Source of the DNA: a virus
Strand: one strand, 5' to 3'
IMG/VR virus record: IMGVR_UViG_3300027770_000039
Span: 46,974 to 110,973 of that record
Length of the DNA: 64,000 nt
Below, piece after piece: positions 1-10,472 of this stretch (position 1 is its first letter; the number at the start of each line of letters is the position of its first letter). Made by a program: the position numbers and the translations under genes. The notes under the pieces were generated by a model that saw only the letters and a program-made list of their open reading frames with translations, had not been told where the DNA came from and made no database searches.

Positions 1-598
1 TTGCTTTTAATGCCTTGTTAAATAGCTCACGAGAAACTCCAGCTCCAGCTCCAGCTACAACTCGGCCATTGGCCTTAGATTTAGCTACAACTCCTTGGAA
101 TGCCTTGTACAGTGCATCTGATCCGCTGCCAACACCATTAAGGATTACATCCTCAATGTCGTTTCCTGCTTGTGTTGCCATCAATCGTGCAATGTGATCT
201 TCTAGATCTGCACCCTCAATGTTGTCTTCTAGAGACTCAGTTGAAAGCTCCCAGTCTAGGCGCAATTTCTTTGTTGTCAAAGAAATCTTTGAGAAAGTAA
301 CTGCTGCGTTTGAAGCAGTGTCATCTCCTTCTGTTGCAAGTTTCATAAGCTTTTCGCCTACTGACATGCGGTCAATTTCTGCAGTGTCTGCTCTCATTCG
401 AACGGTACGTGCGACTTTTCCAATTACGGTTGCATCGAACATATAGTCTAAGAAGCGAGCTGACTGTTCTGGGTTAAGTAAACCACCGTTTCCGTTTTCG
501 GAACCAGCGTGTGTACCTGTACCACCAGTAGTGGACGCAAAAGTACTTGTTGCTGTTGTACCAGCTGCGATTGTCTTTTCTAATGTTTCATTGCTCAT
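1..598 (-). CDS. Major capsid protein (HK97-fold), N-terminal part, runs off the window
   Basis: Not in the ORF track; read manually from ATG 598 with AAGGAG RBS: MSNETLEKTIAAG...GGLLNPEQSARFLDYMFD...LSTESLEDNIEGADLEDHIARLMATQAGNDIED. Lies downstream of protease and portal. Confidence 0.85.
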   Translation of the reverse strand, partial: MSNETLEKTIAAGTTATSTFASTTGGTGTHAGSENGNGGLLNPEQSARFLDYMFDATVIGKVARTVRMRADTAEIDRMSVGEKLMKLATEGDDTASNAAVTFSKISLTTKKLRLDWELSTESLEDNIEGADLEDHIARLMATQAGNDIEDVILNGVGSGSDALYKAFQGVVAKSKANGRVVAGAGAGVSRELFNKALKA

Positions 599-619
599 TA
601 TTTTATTTCTCCTTATTTC

Positions 620-1930
620 TTACTTTATTAGTTCGTTTACGGAACCGAGGAAAGAACCGTTCCATTTTGATTTTTGGACTTTTACTTCCCTAGACCCGCC
701 AAGGTCTGAGGACTTCTTAATTGCAGTCTCTGATTCTACTGCATCGACACGCTTTTCTACTCCATCAATCGTGTTTCTGATGTTCTCAACAGTTTTGCTG
801 AGCTCTGAGTGTTGTTCTGCCAACTCTGTAATTTTGCTTTCTACGCTTTTGCTTAAAATTTCAACTGCATTTTTAATAGTTGTAACTTGTGCTGCGTTTT
901 CTTCTGAAGCTTTGTTTAGAGTTTCTGAGAAAAAGCCTTTTAAATCACCTAACATTTTTGCAAAATCAGGTTTTTCAACAACAATCTCATCAGAGATGTC
1001 TGTTGCTTTTTCAACGATTTCGGCAGAAGCATCTACTAATACGTCTTCTGTAATAGCTTTTTCAATTGTTGCTTCTGCAACAACTTCTACTTCTACTGCT
1101 GCGGTTTCTTCAACCACTGCGGTTTCTGTGTTTTCTGACACTTCATTACCTCCTTGTGCGTTTGCCTGTTTTGCGATTGTTTGTGTTTCAGGCAACGTTA
1201 ATCTTGACTTCTTAAATGAAGCAAGAATCTTTTCTATTTCTTTTGCTTTGTTTATATCATCAGTTTCTACCCAGCCAATTAGACTTGCTTGCTTGCCAGT
1301 TACTGGGGAATTGAATTCAGCGTCTGTTGACATAAATACAGAGTCGCTGTCTTCACAATAAAAAATATTTTCTGTTTTTAAGTTTGTAGAAATTCCTTTA
1401 AAAATTAATTGTCCATTCATTTTTTCAATAGATAGAATATTGCACAATTCATTTGCTGGAGAATCTACTACTGACAGCTCCATTAAAGCATACTCTTTAA
1501 TAAATCTAACTGTTTGCCCAGTTGCTTTGTTTACTTGATTGTCAGACTCTTTAATCTTTCCACCAATTGAAAATCCTGCAAGTGTTCCGTCTAGAATTTT
1601 TTCCCATGTATCTTGTGCGCCTTTTGAAATGTATGCATCTACATATACTCCACTATAAAAATCATTTGACTTTGGATCATAAAATGTTTCTGGTTTAAAA
1701 GAAACCATTTTGCCTACAGCGTTAGGACCATGCATCTCTCTAATGTTGCCACGGAATCTTTCAAAAGCTCTCATGCTTGCTTCTGCTGTAACTACATCTC
1801 CTGTTTGATCTACGTTGTCTAAAGTAGCAAAACCAGAGACGGTTCTTTTCTCTCGATCAACCTTTGTAAAAGGGACCGATAGGCTAATATTATCTCCATT
1901 GCTGGACCAATAAGATTTTTCAATATTCAT
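620..1930 (-). CDS. HK97-type prohead protease with C-terminal acidic/coiled-coil scaffold region
   Basis: VSGFATLDNVDQTGD, REMH, GFSIGG and ELSVVDSPAN motifs. Likely start MNIEKS at 1930 (ORF open to 1966). Confidence 0.85.
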   Translation of the reverse strand: MNIEKSYWSSNGDNISLSVPFTKVDREKRTVSGFATLDNVDQTGDVVTAEASMRAFERFRGNIREMHGPNAVGKMVSFKPETFYDPKSNDFYSGVYVDAYISKGAQDTWEKILDGTLAGFSIGGKIKESDNQVNKATGQTVRFIKEYALMELSVVDSPANELCNILSIEKMNGQLIFKGISTNLKTENIFYCEDSDSVFMSTDAEFNSPVTGKQASLIGWVETDDINKAKEIEKILASFKKSRLTLPETQTIAKQANAQGGNEVSENTETAVVEETAAVEVEVVAEATIEKAITEDVLVDASAEIVEKATDISDEIVVEKPDFAKMLGDLKGFFSETLNKASEENAAQVTTIKNAVEILSKSVESKITELAEQHSELSKTVENIRNTIDGVEKRVDAVESETAIKKSSDLGGSREVKVQKSKWNGSFLGSVNELIK

Positions 1931-1984
1931 ATGCCTAATTTTATAACGGTATTGTATATAAGGCAAATACTGGTTGCCTAATAA

Positions 1985-3574
1985 TTATTCGGTGACTCTT
2001 CCCCCACCTTTTTCATTTCTGCCCTCCCCAGAATTATCTGGTGAGTTGGCAGATCTTTCCTGAGTTCTTTTTCTAGAATTTAGGGCTTGTGCGGTTTGCT
2101 CAGATTTCTCCTGAGCTTTTAAATCTACAACCTGATCCCCGCCATCTCGAGGAATCATTCCCTTCCTAATTCTAACTTCGTTAGGGGTAATTACCTGCAT
2201 TCTTAAATATCTTTCATCAATTTTAGACTGGGTGTCTTCGTCTGTTAAAGTTAATTCATTAAACTTTAGCATTACCGCATCTGTTTTTTCTAATATAATT
2301 CTATTTAATTTTTTCTCTAAAATGTCTTGTGCTGGTCTACACACCTGCTCCTTAAACATTTTATCTGCGTCTCTTGCAGAGGCTAAACTAATTCCTTCTG
2401 GAACTCCTATTTTATTTATTGGAACTCTGTGGGCTAAAAGAATTTCGTCTCTGTTGGACTTACGATACACGTTAAATGATGATTCCTGGGTTCCAGCTTC
2501 AATTGGCTCCATTTTAAATTCAACTTTTGAATCTGGGCTATCTGCTGGAAGTGGGACATACAAGGACCTATGATTTTTTCCTTTTAATCCAACTTGGAAA
2601 AATTCTAAAAGTTTACGCTCTGACTCTGGAGAGAGCTTGGCTCCCTTAACGGTAATAATATATCTAGGTACGGCTTTGTTTTCAAAATAGTCTAAATTAT
2701 ACTTACCAGCAAATTCATTTCCTGCAGTTGCGTTTTGTGCAGAAACAATATCTGGCAATCCATAATAATTGTTCATTGGTGTGTATTTCTTTAAATGAAT
2801 AATTTCATTTGGTCTATCTGATCCATCTGCAATAGGATTTGGTGTTTCTAAATCTGCAAAGTTTCTAAAGAACACTGCCTTTCCATAAAGAAGCTGAATG
2901 AATCCGTCCCTTAGTCTACGAACACGCATGGTTTTTGCTGGTATGTGTCCTATGTATCCAATATTACCTGCAACTGTTCTTCCTATTTCAATAAATCCAT
3001 TTCCAGTTGCCTCTAGGTCAATATAGGCTTTTATTAATGTTTCTGTGAAAGTTTCTTCTTCGTTGGTTTTTTCTAGCCAAGCGTCTAAATCTTGTCTAAG
3101 CTTATTTAACTTCTTTCGAGCTCGATCTAATTGCTTTTGATCTTCAATATTATCTAGAGCATCATTTGCTTTTTTTGTTTCAACAAAAGTATACCCAAGT
3201 CCAACAATGTTGGCAACCTTTGCGTTAATTGCTGCATAGTTGTATGGTGAAATTTCATAAATTTTAGAAAGATATTCCATGTTATATGTTGGCTCAACCA
3301 GGTCAAACATTGCGTAACCAGTAACTGCTTGCTGCATGAGGTTCTGTTGTGTGGCTGTTCCGTCTTGACCAACAAATCTTTTTGATAACTCTCTAGACAT
3401 TTTTCTACGAAAGTTATTGCCCAAACCCTGAACTTTCTTTAATTCTGATTCTGTTATATTGAATGGGTCGCTGTCTAGAACAGGGGCTTTGTTATGAAAT
3501 CTAGAAAAGTCTGACGAGTCTGAAATATCTATGTTTTGAACAAAACTATTGTCTTCGTTTAGAAATTCTATCAT
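1985..3574 (-). CDS. Portal protein
   Basis: 529 aa with DLEATGNGFIE, EIIHLK..YYGLP, YFENKAVP, HRVP and ITPNEVR motifs; upstream of the protease. Confidence 0.9.
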   Translation of the reverse strand: MIEFLNEDNSFVQNIDISDSSDFSRFHNKAPVLDSDPFNITESELKKVQGLGNNFRRKMSRELSKRFVGQDGTATQQNLMQQAVTGYAMFDLVEPTYNMEYLSKIYEISPYNYAAINAKVANIVGLGYTFVETKKANDALDNIEDQKQLDRARKKLNKLRQDLDAWLEKTNEEETFTETLIKAYIDLEATGNGFIEIGRTVAGNIGYIGHIPAKTMRVRRLRDGFIQLLYGKAVFFRNFADLETPNPIADGSDRPNEIIHLKKYTPMNNYYGLPDIVSAQNATAGNEFAGKYNLDYFENKAVPRYIITVKGAKLSPESERKLLEFFQVGLKGKNHRSLYVPLPADSPDSKVEFKMEPIEAGTQESSFNVYRKSNRDEILLAHRVPINKIGVPEGISLASARDADKMFKEQVCRPAQDILEKKLNRIILEKTDAVMLKFNELTLTDEDTQSKIDERYLRMQVITPNEVRIRKGMIPRDGGDQVVDLKAQEKSEQTAQALNSRKRTQERSANSPDNSGEGRNEKGGGRVTE

Positions 3575-3915
3575 TTGGATTTTCCTTGTCTTAACGCTTT
3601 CATTTCATCTTTATAGCTTCCAACGTCTAAAGCATCTGGGACTAATCCCCACTCTAATCTTTGTTTTTGATGCTCAAATTCTTCGTCATCTATCTTCCTT
3701 CTATTTGATAAAAATAAAGGGCTGCCTTCATAAATTCCATAAGATCTGGCTTCTCTTGCAAGAGCATCAATTCTTGATCTATTTCCTTTTAATGAGGTAA
3801 TTGAAAGATAGTTGCCATCATCGTCTCCAACCCATCTTCCGTCAGGCATCTCCCAGACGTATATCCCTAGAGTTGTTTCTTCTACAGACGTTTGTTTAAA
3901 GTTTTTTATATCCAT
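3571..3915 (-). CDS. Hypothetical head-module protein
   Basis: 114-aa ORF overlapping the portal start by 4 nt. Confidence 0.7.
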   Translation of the reverse strand: MDIKNFKQTSVEETTLGIYVWEMPDGRWVGDDDGNYLSITSLKGNRSRIDALAREARSYGIYEGSPLFLSNRRKIDDEEFEHQKQRLEWGLVPDALDVGSYKDEMKALRQGKSK

Positions 3916-3978
3916 TGTTCCCTAAGTTTACCATTATTTCAAAATAAAGTCCAGATCTTTGCCATATTCTAAATATAT

Positions 3979-5679
3979 TTAAATATTTTGTACCACTATC
4001 CAGTCAGAATTGAAATAATCAACCGACAGCTCTGACATTTTACCTAGCTGATCTTCAATAATTGTACCTTGGGAAGATACATATTTATTAAAATGATCCT
4101 GAACTTTTTCGGCACTCAGGGCTGATTCATAAGTAGCCAAATTCTGATATAGGCTTTGCCCTCCCAAAACGCTAGATTTATTAATAGAAATTTCTCCATA
4201 TATGCTATTTTCAAAAACAATAACAACGTGGTAAAGAGAATCTTTTAAAAACAAATTATTTATATTAGTCTGGCTTGTCTTATCTACCCCATTAACGTAT
4301 ATCTTGGATATATTGCTTTTAGATATTGTATTGCTTGACCAAGTAAGGCTACTTGCGCTGTACCCGCTTGTAGCAACAGATGTAACCAACCCTCCATTTT
4401 GAATAGAATACGGTGTATAAAAAAACTCTATCGATTTTGTTGGGGTTGTCGTATTTATATAAAACGATGAAAGATTTTTTAAGCTGATGCCGTTTCTGTT
4501 ATCTGTAGAAAGTATTTCATATTTGTTATTGCTTACAGGGATGTCTTGCTGGCTGGCTATATAATTAGAGGAATTTTTTGAATAAATTTTTTGATTATTG
4601 TAAAAGCTTATGGATAAAAATTTTAAGGATGGAAGGTATACGCTATCGTCTGATGTTGTAAAATAAACCCTAATATATAAATTTCTTGTTTGACTAAAAG
4701 AGCTTAATGAATACTGGGGTACGGGTTGGCCATTAACGCAAGATTGATAGTTTTGTCCATCTATACTTACCGAAACAGATATTCCATTATCCCCGTCCCA
4801 TTCAATTCTTGAAGAGTTCATTTCTGGTCCGCTTGGGATTGTAATAAAATCCTCAATAACAATAGACTGTGAATCTCCGTTTCCCTTTACAACACCGATA
4901 AATTCTTTTTGAGAGTTATAGTATAAATTATTATCGTTAATAAAATACTGCCATGATTTATTGGCTGGATAGGAATAAGAATACTTTGTTGAAATTGATT
5001 TATCTGTAAGTTCAAAAAAATTACCTTGGTCTGGGTAAACTATTTGAGTAGGGCTTAAAGATTTATTTTCTAAATAATGAGATAAAACCTGATCTTTAGT
5101 CAAAGAATTTCTATAAAAAGATACACAATTTAAGAGCATATAGTCTAAACTATTATTAACTGGTCCTGACTTCATTGTAATAGATTGATTTGAAAAAGAA
5201 AACCCAGACAGATCTTTTTCTGCTTCTATCTTTCCATCTATATACAGTATAATTTTATTCTTATTGTATACTGCAACTATATATATAGATTTTTTTAAGA
5301 AAGGAACAGTGTACTCTATATGCTTTGTACCTATTGAAAATACTATATTACCTTTTTTATAAAATAGTCCTATATCATTAGAAGAGTCTCCTACAATTGG
5401 TATTTCTAAAGAAGAGGTAGTATTTACCCTAACCCAGCATTCTATAGAAAATTGATCATCGGAAAAATTTTTAGTCGCAATTCCATCTATATCTATGTAG
5501 GTAATGGCGGCAGTTCCAGAAAGTTTTGAAGAGTTTTCTGCACCAATAACTAGTGGTAAATTTGTGTTATCTACCGATCCGAATATTGATACCTGATTGT
5601 CAAATCCAGAAATATCATCTGTTCCGCTTGGCCAAAAAGCCAGCGGGTTGTCTGATAAAACTCTAAGATTATACGACAT
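3979..5679 (-). CDS. LamG/concanavalin-like domain virion protein
   Basis: SDNPLAFW, FSIECWV, YIVAVY..LYIDGK and YHVVIVF LamG-like strands; leaderless start (TACAAT-6nt-ATG). Confidence 0.7.
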   Translation of the reverse strand: MSYNLRVLSDNPLAFWPSGTDDISGFDNQVSIFGSVDNTNLPLVIGAENSSKLSGTAAITYIDIDGIATKNFSDDQFSIECWVRVNTTSSLEIPIVGDSSNDIGLFYKKGNIVFSIGTKHIEYTVPFLKKSIYIVAVYNKNKIILYIDGKIEAEKDLSGFSFSNQSITMKSGPVNNSLDYMLLNCVSFYRNSLTKDQVLSHYLENKSLSPTQIVYPDQGNFFELTDKSISTKYSYSYPANKSWQYFINDNNLYYNSQKEFIGVVKGNGDSQSIVIEDFITIPSGPEMNSSRIEWDGDNGISVSVSIDGQNYQSCVNGQPVPQYSLSSFSQTRNLYIRVYFTTSDDSVYLPSLKFLSISFYNNQKIYSKNSSNYIASQQDIPVSNNKYEILSTDNRNGISLKNLSSFYINTTTPTKSIEFFYTPYSIQNGGLVTSVATSGYSASSLTWSSNTISKSNISKIYVNGVDKTSQTNINNLFLKDSLYHVVIVFENSIYGEISINKSSVLGGQSLYQNLATYESALSAEKVQDHFNKYVSSQGTIIEDQLGKMSELSVDYFNSDWIVVQNI

Positions 5680-5704
5680 GATTAAATTGTACCATCAAGG
5701 AATT

Positions 5705-6394
5705 TTAATATCCGCCCACGTGAAAGACCTGGCCCGACAAGCTGGAAGACTTTTCGTCAAAAAGTAACTCTACTAGATTTGCTATATCGGTTACAGTATA
5801 CTCTTTCGGAACAACTTGACCTAGTAATAAAGTTTGAAAATAAATTTCTGGCATAAATTTTGTAAATCTAGTTCTTATTGGTCCTGGGGCTATACAGTTT
5901 GGCCTAATTTTAGTACCGCATACTTGTTTAGCTAAAGACCTTGTGTATGTTTCTAAAGCTGCTTTTGATGCTGAATACATAGACTCTGAATTTATTTGAT
6001 GCGCCGCTAAGCTTGATATGTTAACTATTGGAGTATGTTTCTCTGGGTCTACAAGAGCAAGAAATTTAGATATAACATTATAGGGACCTAAAACGTTGAC
6101 ATTCATCATTTGCTCAACTTGTGGAAAAATTTCTCCATAAGCGGGTGATGGCCAGTAAGCACCAGCACAGTTTACAATTCCAGAAATAACAATATTTCTT
6201 TCTTTAATTGATTTAAATAAACTTTCTAGTTTTTCCTGATCAACAATATCTGTTTGTATGTACTCAAAGGTATCGCTATTATCAGAGTTTCTGACGTGCC
6301 TTCCAACTCCAATAACTTCGTGCCCTAAAGAGACTAGCCTTTTGGCAACTTCATTTCCAATTCCTCTGACTGCTCCTACTACTAAAACCGTCAT
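5705..6394 (-). CDS. Short-chain dehydrogenase/reductase
   Basis: GAVRGIG, NCAG, NISS, YSASK and PG motifs. Confidence 0.9.
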   Translation of the reverse strand: MTVLVVGAVRGIGNEVAKRLVSLGHEVIGVGRHVRNSDNSDTFEYIQTDIVDQEKLESLFKSIKERNIVISGIVNCAGAYWPSPAYGEIFPQVEQMMNVNVLGPYNVISKFLALVDPEKHTPIVNISSLAAHQINSESMYSASKAALETYTRSLAKQVCGTKIRPNCIAPGPIRTRFTKFMPEIYFQTLLLGQVVPKEYTVTDIANLVELLFDEKSSSLSGQVFHVGGY

Positions 6395-7044
6395 TCTGTG
6401 CCATCCGAATAGTATGGCTTAGATCTATTGTGATACCAATTTGGAAGAGCGTATCTAATTCCAGAAGTTATTGCCGATACTTCGTGGACGTATATGTAAT
6501 TAGAAGGGAAGAACAATAAACTTCCTGCTTCTGGTTTTAAACTTACACCTGCATGTTCAAATTTAATATTTCCTCCTTCGTAATCATCGTTTAAATAAAG
6601 AAGTGCTGATAAAACTCTGCTGCTAATTCCGTGGTCAGAATGTGCTGGCAAAAAGCCAGATTCCTTATACTTTAAAAGATGCATTGTTTTTTCTCTTGAT
6701 TTAATATTTTTTTGAGAGTATGGATAAATAGAAAAATAGTCTTGCAATCCTTTTTCTAATGCCCCAAATAAAACATCTGATATTTCTTTTTGTTCTTGAT
6801 AAAATAGATCATCTTTTGAAATATCTTCAGATTTTGGGATAAACTTTTGCCAACAAAAAACAGTTTTTTCTTTTCCGCCGTGATCGTAATCCCAGGGTTG
6901 CCAGCCTCTTACATAAAGAGAATTGTATCCAACAGACTCACTTCTTTTTATTTCTAAATCTTCAATTTTTTTAATTAGAGACTTAGGGTCTGGTATTATA
7001 TTTTTATAATAAGCCATTCCTAGGGAAAGAATTTCTCTATTCAT
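6391..7044 (-). CDS. 2OG-Fe(II) oxygenase, prolyl-4-hydroxylase-like
   Basis: HSD...YLNDDYEGG...FFPS..HEV...RY. Confidence 0.9.
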   Translation of the reverse strand: MNREILSLGMAYYKNIIPDPKSLIKKIEDLEIKRSESVGYNSLYVRGWQPWDYDHGGKEKTVFCWQKFIPKSEDISKDDLFYQEQKEISDVLFGALEKGLQDYFSIYPYSQKNIKSREKTMHLLKYKESGFLPAHSDHGISSRVLSALLYLNDDYEGGNIKFEHAGVSLKPEAGSLLFFPSNYIYVHEVSAITSGIRYALPNWYHNRSKPYYSDGTE

Positions 7045-7592
7045 TAAAATACTCCAAAATCTGGGTCGGCAAAGTCCATCTTTGTGGATTGCATGTAAAG
7101 CGCAGTAAATCTATTTCCTTTAGTTATTTCTTTTACTCCGTGCAGATAATCATATTTATTTCCTGGGAAAAAAATAGCTGATAGGGATTTTGGTCTGTGC
7201 TCAAAATTTTGTTTAGGAAAATAGATTTCTCCACCTTCATAATCATCGTTTAAGTAAATTACAGTGCTGTATTCTATAAATGGTTCTTTTTCAATTGCAT
7301 CAATATGAGGACTTCCACTTTGCCCTGGTTGCCACCATGATCCAAAAGCCTTGGTAACAATTACATTATCTTTTAAATTAAAAAATTCTTTTTGTATATG
7401 GTTTGCTCTTACTGAATATTTTTTAAGAATATCCATTACTCTATTATTGTATGGAAAAGCAGTTCCACCATTTCTATCTTTATAATACTCTGGGTACGGG
7501 TTTCTTTTTGAAGGAGATTGCATCTCTTCTATCAGGGCAAATGCATCTTGTTCTGATATAAAATCTTCTACAATTTTTATCATGCTGTTCAA
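7044..7592 (-). CDS. 2OG-Fe(II) oxygenase, prolyl-4-hydroxylase-like
   Basis: HID...YLNDDYEGGEIYF...HGV...RFT. Confidence 0.9.
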   Translation of the reverse strand: MNSMIKIVEDFISEQDAFALIEEMQSPSKRNPYPEYYKDRNGGTAFPYNNRVMDILKKYSVRANHIQKEFFNLKDNVIVTKAFGSWWQPGQSGSPHIDAIEKEPFIEYSTVIYLNDDYEGGEIYFPKQNFEHRPKSLSAIFFPGNKYDYLHGVKEITKGNRFTALYMQSTKMDFADPDFGVF

Positions 7593-8410
7593 TTTATTAC
7601 TCCTTTAAAGTTTAAATATCTTTCTCCGCCAACTTTGTCTGTTAATGAACCAGAAGGATCATACAAAACATCGTTTGTTGAAAATGGTAGACTTGATATT
7701 TCTAATCCAAACACCTGTTTAATGCTGGAACTCCATTTACTCACAAACTCATTATACCCGTGATATATAGAAAAAGGCAAATATTCGACCTTATCTAACT
7801 CAATTGTTTTATTTTTAAAAAAAGTTGTAGGAAGGGCAAAGATTTTTGTAAAATTAAAATATATAGCTAAATGTTCTCTTTCTCCATGATATTTTAAATA
7901 ACCTGGCAATTTGTTATATAAAAAAGACTTAGATTTTGTAAAAATAAAATCTTTATCTATATATTTTGTCAATGTGTCTTCAGAGATAGGCTCTTTTTTA
8001 TATGAAACAATAAATGGGTTTTCTAAATATGGTATAAGTCTGTGATTTCCAGAAATTATACAATCTTCATTGAGGCTGAGTAGTTCTATTTTTTGAACTA
8101 GATCTTCGTCCCAATTTTTATTTAGGCTTACCCCATCTCCAATTAGCAAAAAGTATTCTTTTTTGAAAAGTCTATACCCTTCTTGTTTATGCAAAATTGG
8201 GCTTTTAATGCTATCCCATTTTACATATTTGTAATAAATTTTTACATTTGAATAGTTAGACTTTAAACTTTTTTTTCTATCAATATTGTTTTGATCAATT
8301 ATATAAAAAAATAAATTGTTTAATCCACTGGAATTTTCTATATTTTTTTCAACTAATTCTATTAAATCTTTATTTTGAAAAGAATACAAAACTATGCCAA
8401 TATCTTTCAT
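7589..8410 (-). CDS. Glycosyltransferase-like protein (GT-A; resembles the GT60/GlcNAc-transferase pattern)
   Basis: IVLYSFQN..IIDQ..YFLLIGD...NWDEDL..YHGE pattern; the DxD-like motif is degenerate. Confidence 0.5.
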   Translation of the reverse strand: MKDIGIVLYSFQNKDLIELVEKNIENSSGLNNLFFYIIDQNNIDRKKSLKSNYSNVKIYYKYVKWDSIKSPILHKQEGYRLFKKEYFLLIGDGVSLNKNWDEDLVQKIELLSLNEDCIISGNHRLIPYLENPFIVSYKKEPISEDTLTKYIDKDFIFTKSKSFLYNKLPGYLKYHGEREHLAIYFNFTKIFALPTTFFKNKTIELDKVEYLPFSIYHGYNEFVSKWSSSIKQVFGLEISSLPFSTNDVLYDPSGSLTDKVGGERYLNFKGVIN

Positions 8411-9087
8411 TCAAACAGATCCGTAAAAATACTATCTTCATTCATTGGTCCCTTTGGAACTAATATAATATCATAGGCAATTGTCATTCTTGGCTCATCC
8501 CCGTACCAGTCGTCTCTGCCATGTGGGTTGCCAGTTTCTGATAAAATAGCTCTATTGTTTTTATTAATATTTTCAAAAATATCTTTATTGTTGATTTTAT
8601 AATAAGTAATCGAAGGTTCTGCTTTTACGCAGTAGAATCCATGTAGCTGTGGAAATCCTGAACCGTCCATATGGTCGTGGAAAAACGAACTGTCTTTTCT
8701 TGGGTCTACCGAATGGACGTTGTTAATTATTTTTTTATCTAAATTAAACCAACCATGGGTAATAAATTTTGACGAATTGTCGTTATAGCCATAGTACTCG
8801 CAAGCTTCTCTTGTCATGTCAGCAATAGCTTCTTTTAACTTTTTTATTTCTGGGTTGTCAAATTCCCAAATATTATACCTGTCACTATTTTTTGTAGCAA
8901 TAGCATCCAGAATTCCTGGGTCTTGAGCTAGGGCTTTATTTAAGCCTTCTCCCATTTCTTTCCTTGCCTGTTCAACTAATTCATTATTTTTTTCTAACAA
9001 AAAACTATAAAGATTTTCTAAATTATTATCTAAAGTTCTTTCAAAAAATTTATGATCTTTTTTTTCTTTCATAGAAGTGGTATCCAA
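8407..9087 (-). CDS. 2OG-Fe(II) oxygenase-like protein (paralog of 9069..9719)
   Basis: GWFN..HDH..HGFYCV..PH..PRMTIAYD. Confidence 0.75.
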   Translation of the reverse strand: MDTTSMKEKKDHKFFERTLDNNLENLYSFLLEKNNELVEQARKEMGEGLNKALAQDPGILDAIATKNSDRYNIWEFDNPEIKKLKEAIADMTREACEYYGYNDNSSKFITHGWFNLDKKIINNVHSVDPRKDSSFFHDHMDGSGFPQLHGFYCVKAEPSITYYKINNKDIFENINKNNRAILSETGNPHGRDDWYGDEPRMTIAYDIILVPKGPMNEDSIFTDLFE

Positions 9088-9719
9088 TGCTGAGGACTTG
9101 CTTTTGCCTCAATGATAGAATTTAATGGCATAATATCATAAGCAATTGTAATTCTTGGTCCTTCCCAGTCCCAACTTCCCATAGCATGAGGGTGACCCAT
9201 TTCTGAAACAATCATTCTGTTATCTATATTGTGATTTTCAGTTTCTTTTTCAAAAACTTTGTAATAAGTAATTGATGGTTCTGCTTTTACGCAATAAAAT
9301 CCGTGAAAATAAGGAGCATAAGGACCTCCATGATCGTGCCAATCTAGTTTTCCAACTTCTGCATAATTTATGTTAAACCATCCTTGCACCATGTATTGCT
9401 GTTTATCAAAATCAATATCATAATAAGAACAAGCTTCTTTTATTACATCAGAAAGCTCTTTATACAGTTTGTAAATTCCTGGATGATAAAATTGAAAAAC
9501 ATTGTAGTCTCTCCATTTTATAGTAGAAACACTACCAGACTCTTTCCAATAGTCTGACTTGCCCACTTCTGTAATACCTTTAATGCTTAAATTTTCAATT
9601 TTAGAATATTGATCTTGTAAAAATAAAGACAAATCTTGTAAATCATTATCTAAAATCCTTTCAAAAAACTTGTGAGGTTTTCCGCTAGGTTTATTTTTTC
9701 CAGATAGGAAGTATTCCAT
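9069..9719 (-). CDS. 2OG-Fe(II) oxygenase-like protein
   Basis: GWFN..HDH..HGFYCV..HPH..PRITIAYD. Confidence 0.75.
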   Translation of the reverse strand: MEYFLSGKNKPSGKPHKFFERILDNDLQDLSLFLQDQYSKIENLSIKGITEVGKSDYWKESGSVSTIKWRDYNVFQFYHPGIYKLYKELSDVIKEACSYYDIDFDKQQYMVQGWFNINYAEVGKLDWHDHGGPYAPYFHGFYCVKAEPSITYYKVFEKETENHNIDNRMIVSEMGHPHAMGSWDWEGPRITIAYDIMPLNSIIEAKASPQHWIPLL

Positions 9720-10472
9720 TTATTTCTCTTTTCTTGTGTAGTTTTTTCTTTTCCATATAAAATCTTTATAATATGAATATATTGATATTCTTCTTTTTTC
9801 TTCTTTGATTTTTTTTACCACTATGTCTTCTTTGGAGTAATCCAATGACATTTCCCAGTTTTCTCTTTTAAATGGAAAAACTTGAAATATAGGCGTTCCT
9901 TTTTTAATAGTTCCCATAAAATTTCTTTTTAGAAAAAATGCTGTAAATACTGGTGCGTTCCATTCATCGGAGTCTATAACTCCAGAAAGAGTGGTAAATG
10001 GAAGATCATGTCTATTGTGTGGGTGTGTAATTAAAATAGAATACCCTGGTGGAGTTTCGCAATGCCAAGGAATTTTCCAGCCATAATGCATTGGATGGTG
10101 TTCATGTGGAACTGCAACTTCTATCATGTTTCTTTTATCTACTAGCATAAAATTATTTGTATTTTTAATAGAAGGAAACCCATTTTTATCTAAACTTACC
10201 TCAATATCATCTTCTAGGCAAAACATATAACCTGCTGTTAAGGAATCAAAAAATGGCATACATAATTTAGTAGAGCCAGCGCTACCGTCTGTTCCTCTAT
10301 CATTTACTGGAAACAACCTTAGCAAATCATTTGAGGTTTGAAATCTGGAAAGCTTTTTATACCACTCTGGCAAATTATTTATGGCAGGAGAGGGTGCGTC
10401 ATAGTCTTTTGGTTCAAAATTAAGATTAACCTCTGCTGGGGTGAATTTAATTATTAAATTATTATCACTCAT
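9720..10472 (-). CDS. Conserved phage protein (DUF6065-like), paralog of 11148..11879
   Basis: LPEWYK, KxCxxxFDSxTxGY, TxPGYS, GxIDxD, GTPIxQxxPFKRxxW. Confidence 0.65.
   Translation of the reverse strand: MSDNNLIIKFTPAEVNLNFEPKDYDAPSPAINNLPEWYKKLSRFQTSNDLLRLFPVNDRGTDGSAGSTKLCMPFFDSLTAGYMFCLEDDIEVSLDKNGFPSIKNTNNFMLVDKRNMIEVAVPHEHHPMHYGWKIPWHCETPPGYSILITHPHNRHDLPFTTLSGVIDSDEWNAPVFTAFFLKRNFMGTIKKGTPIFQVFPFKRENWEMSLDYSKEDIVVKKIKEEKRRISIYSYYKDFIWKRKNYTRKEK

Noticed and set aside
15-2573. Plus-strand ORFs 15-197, 219-446, 531-1361 and 2232-2573
   Set aside because: Antisense shadows of the capsid, protease and portal genes.
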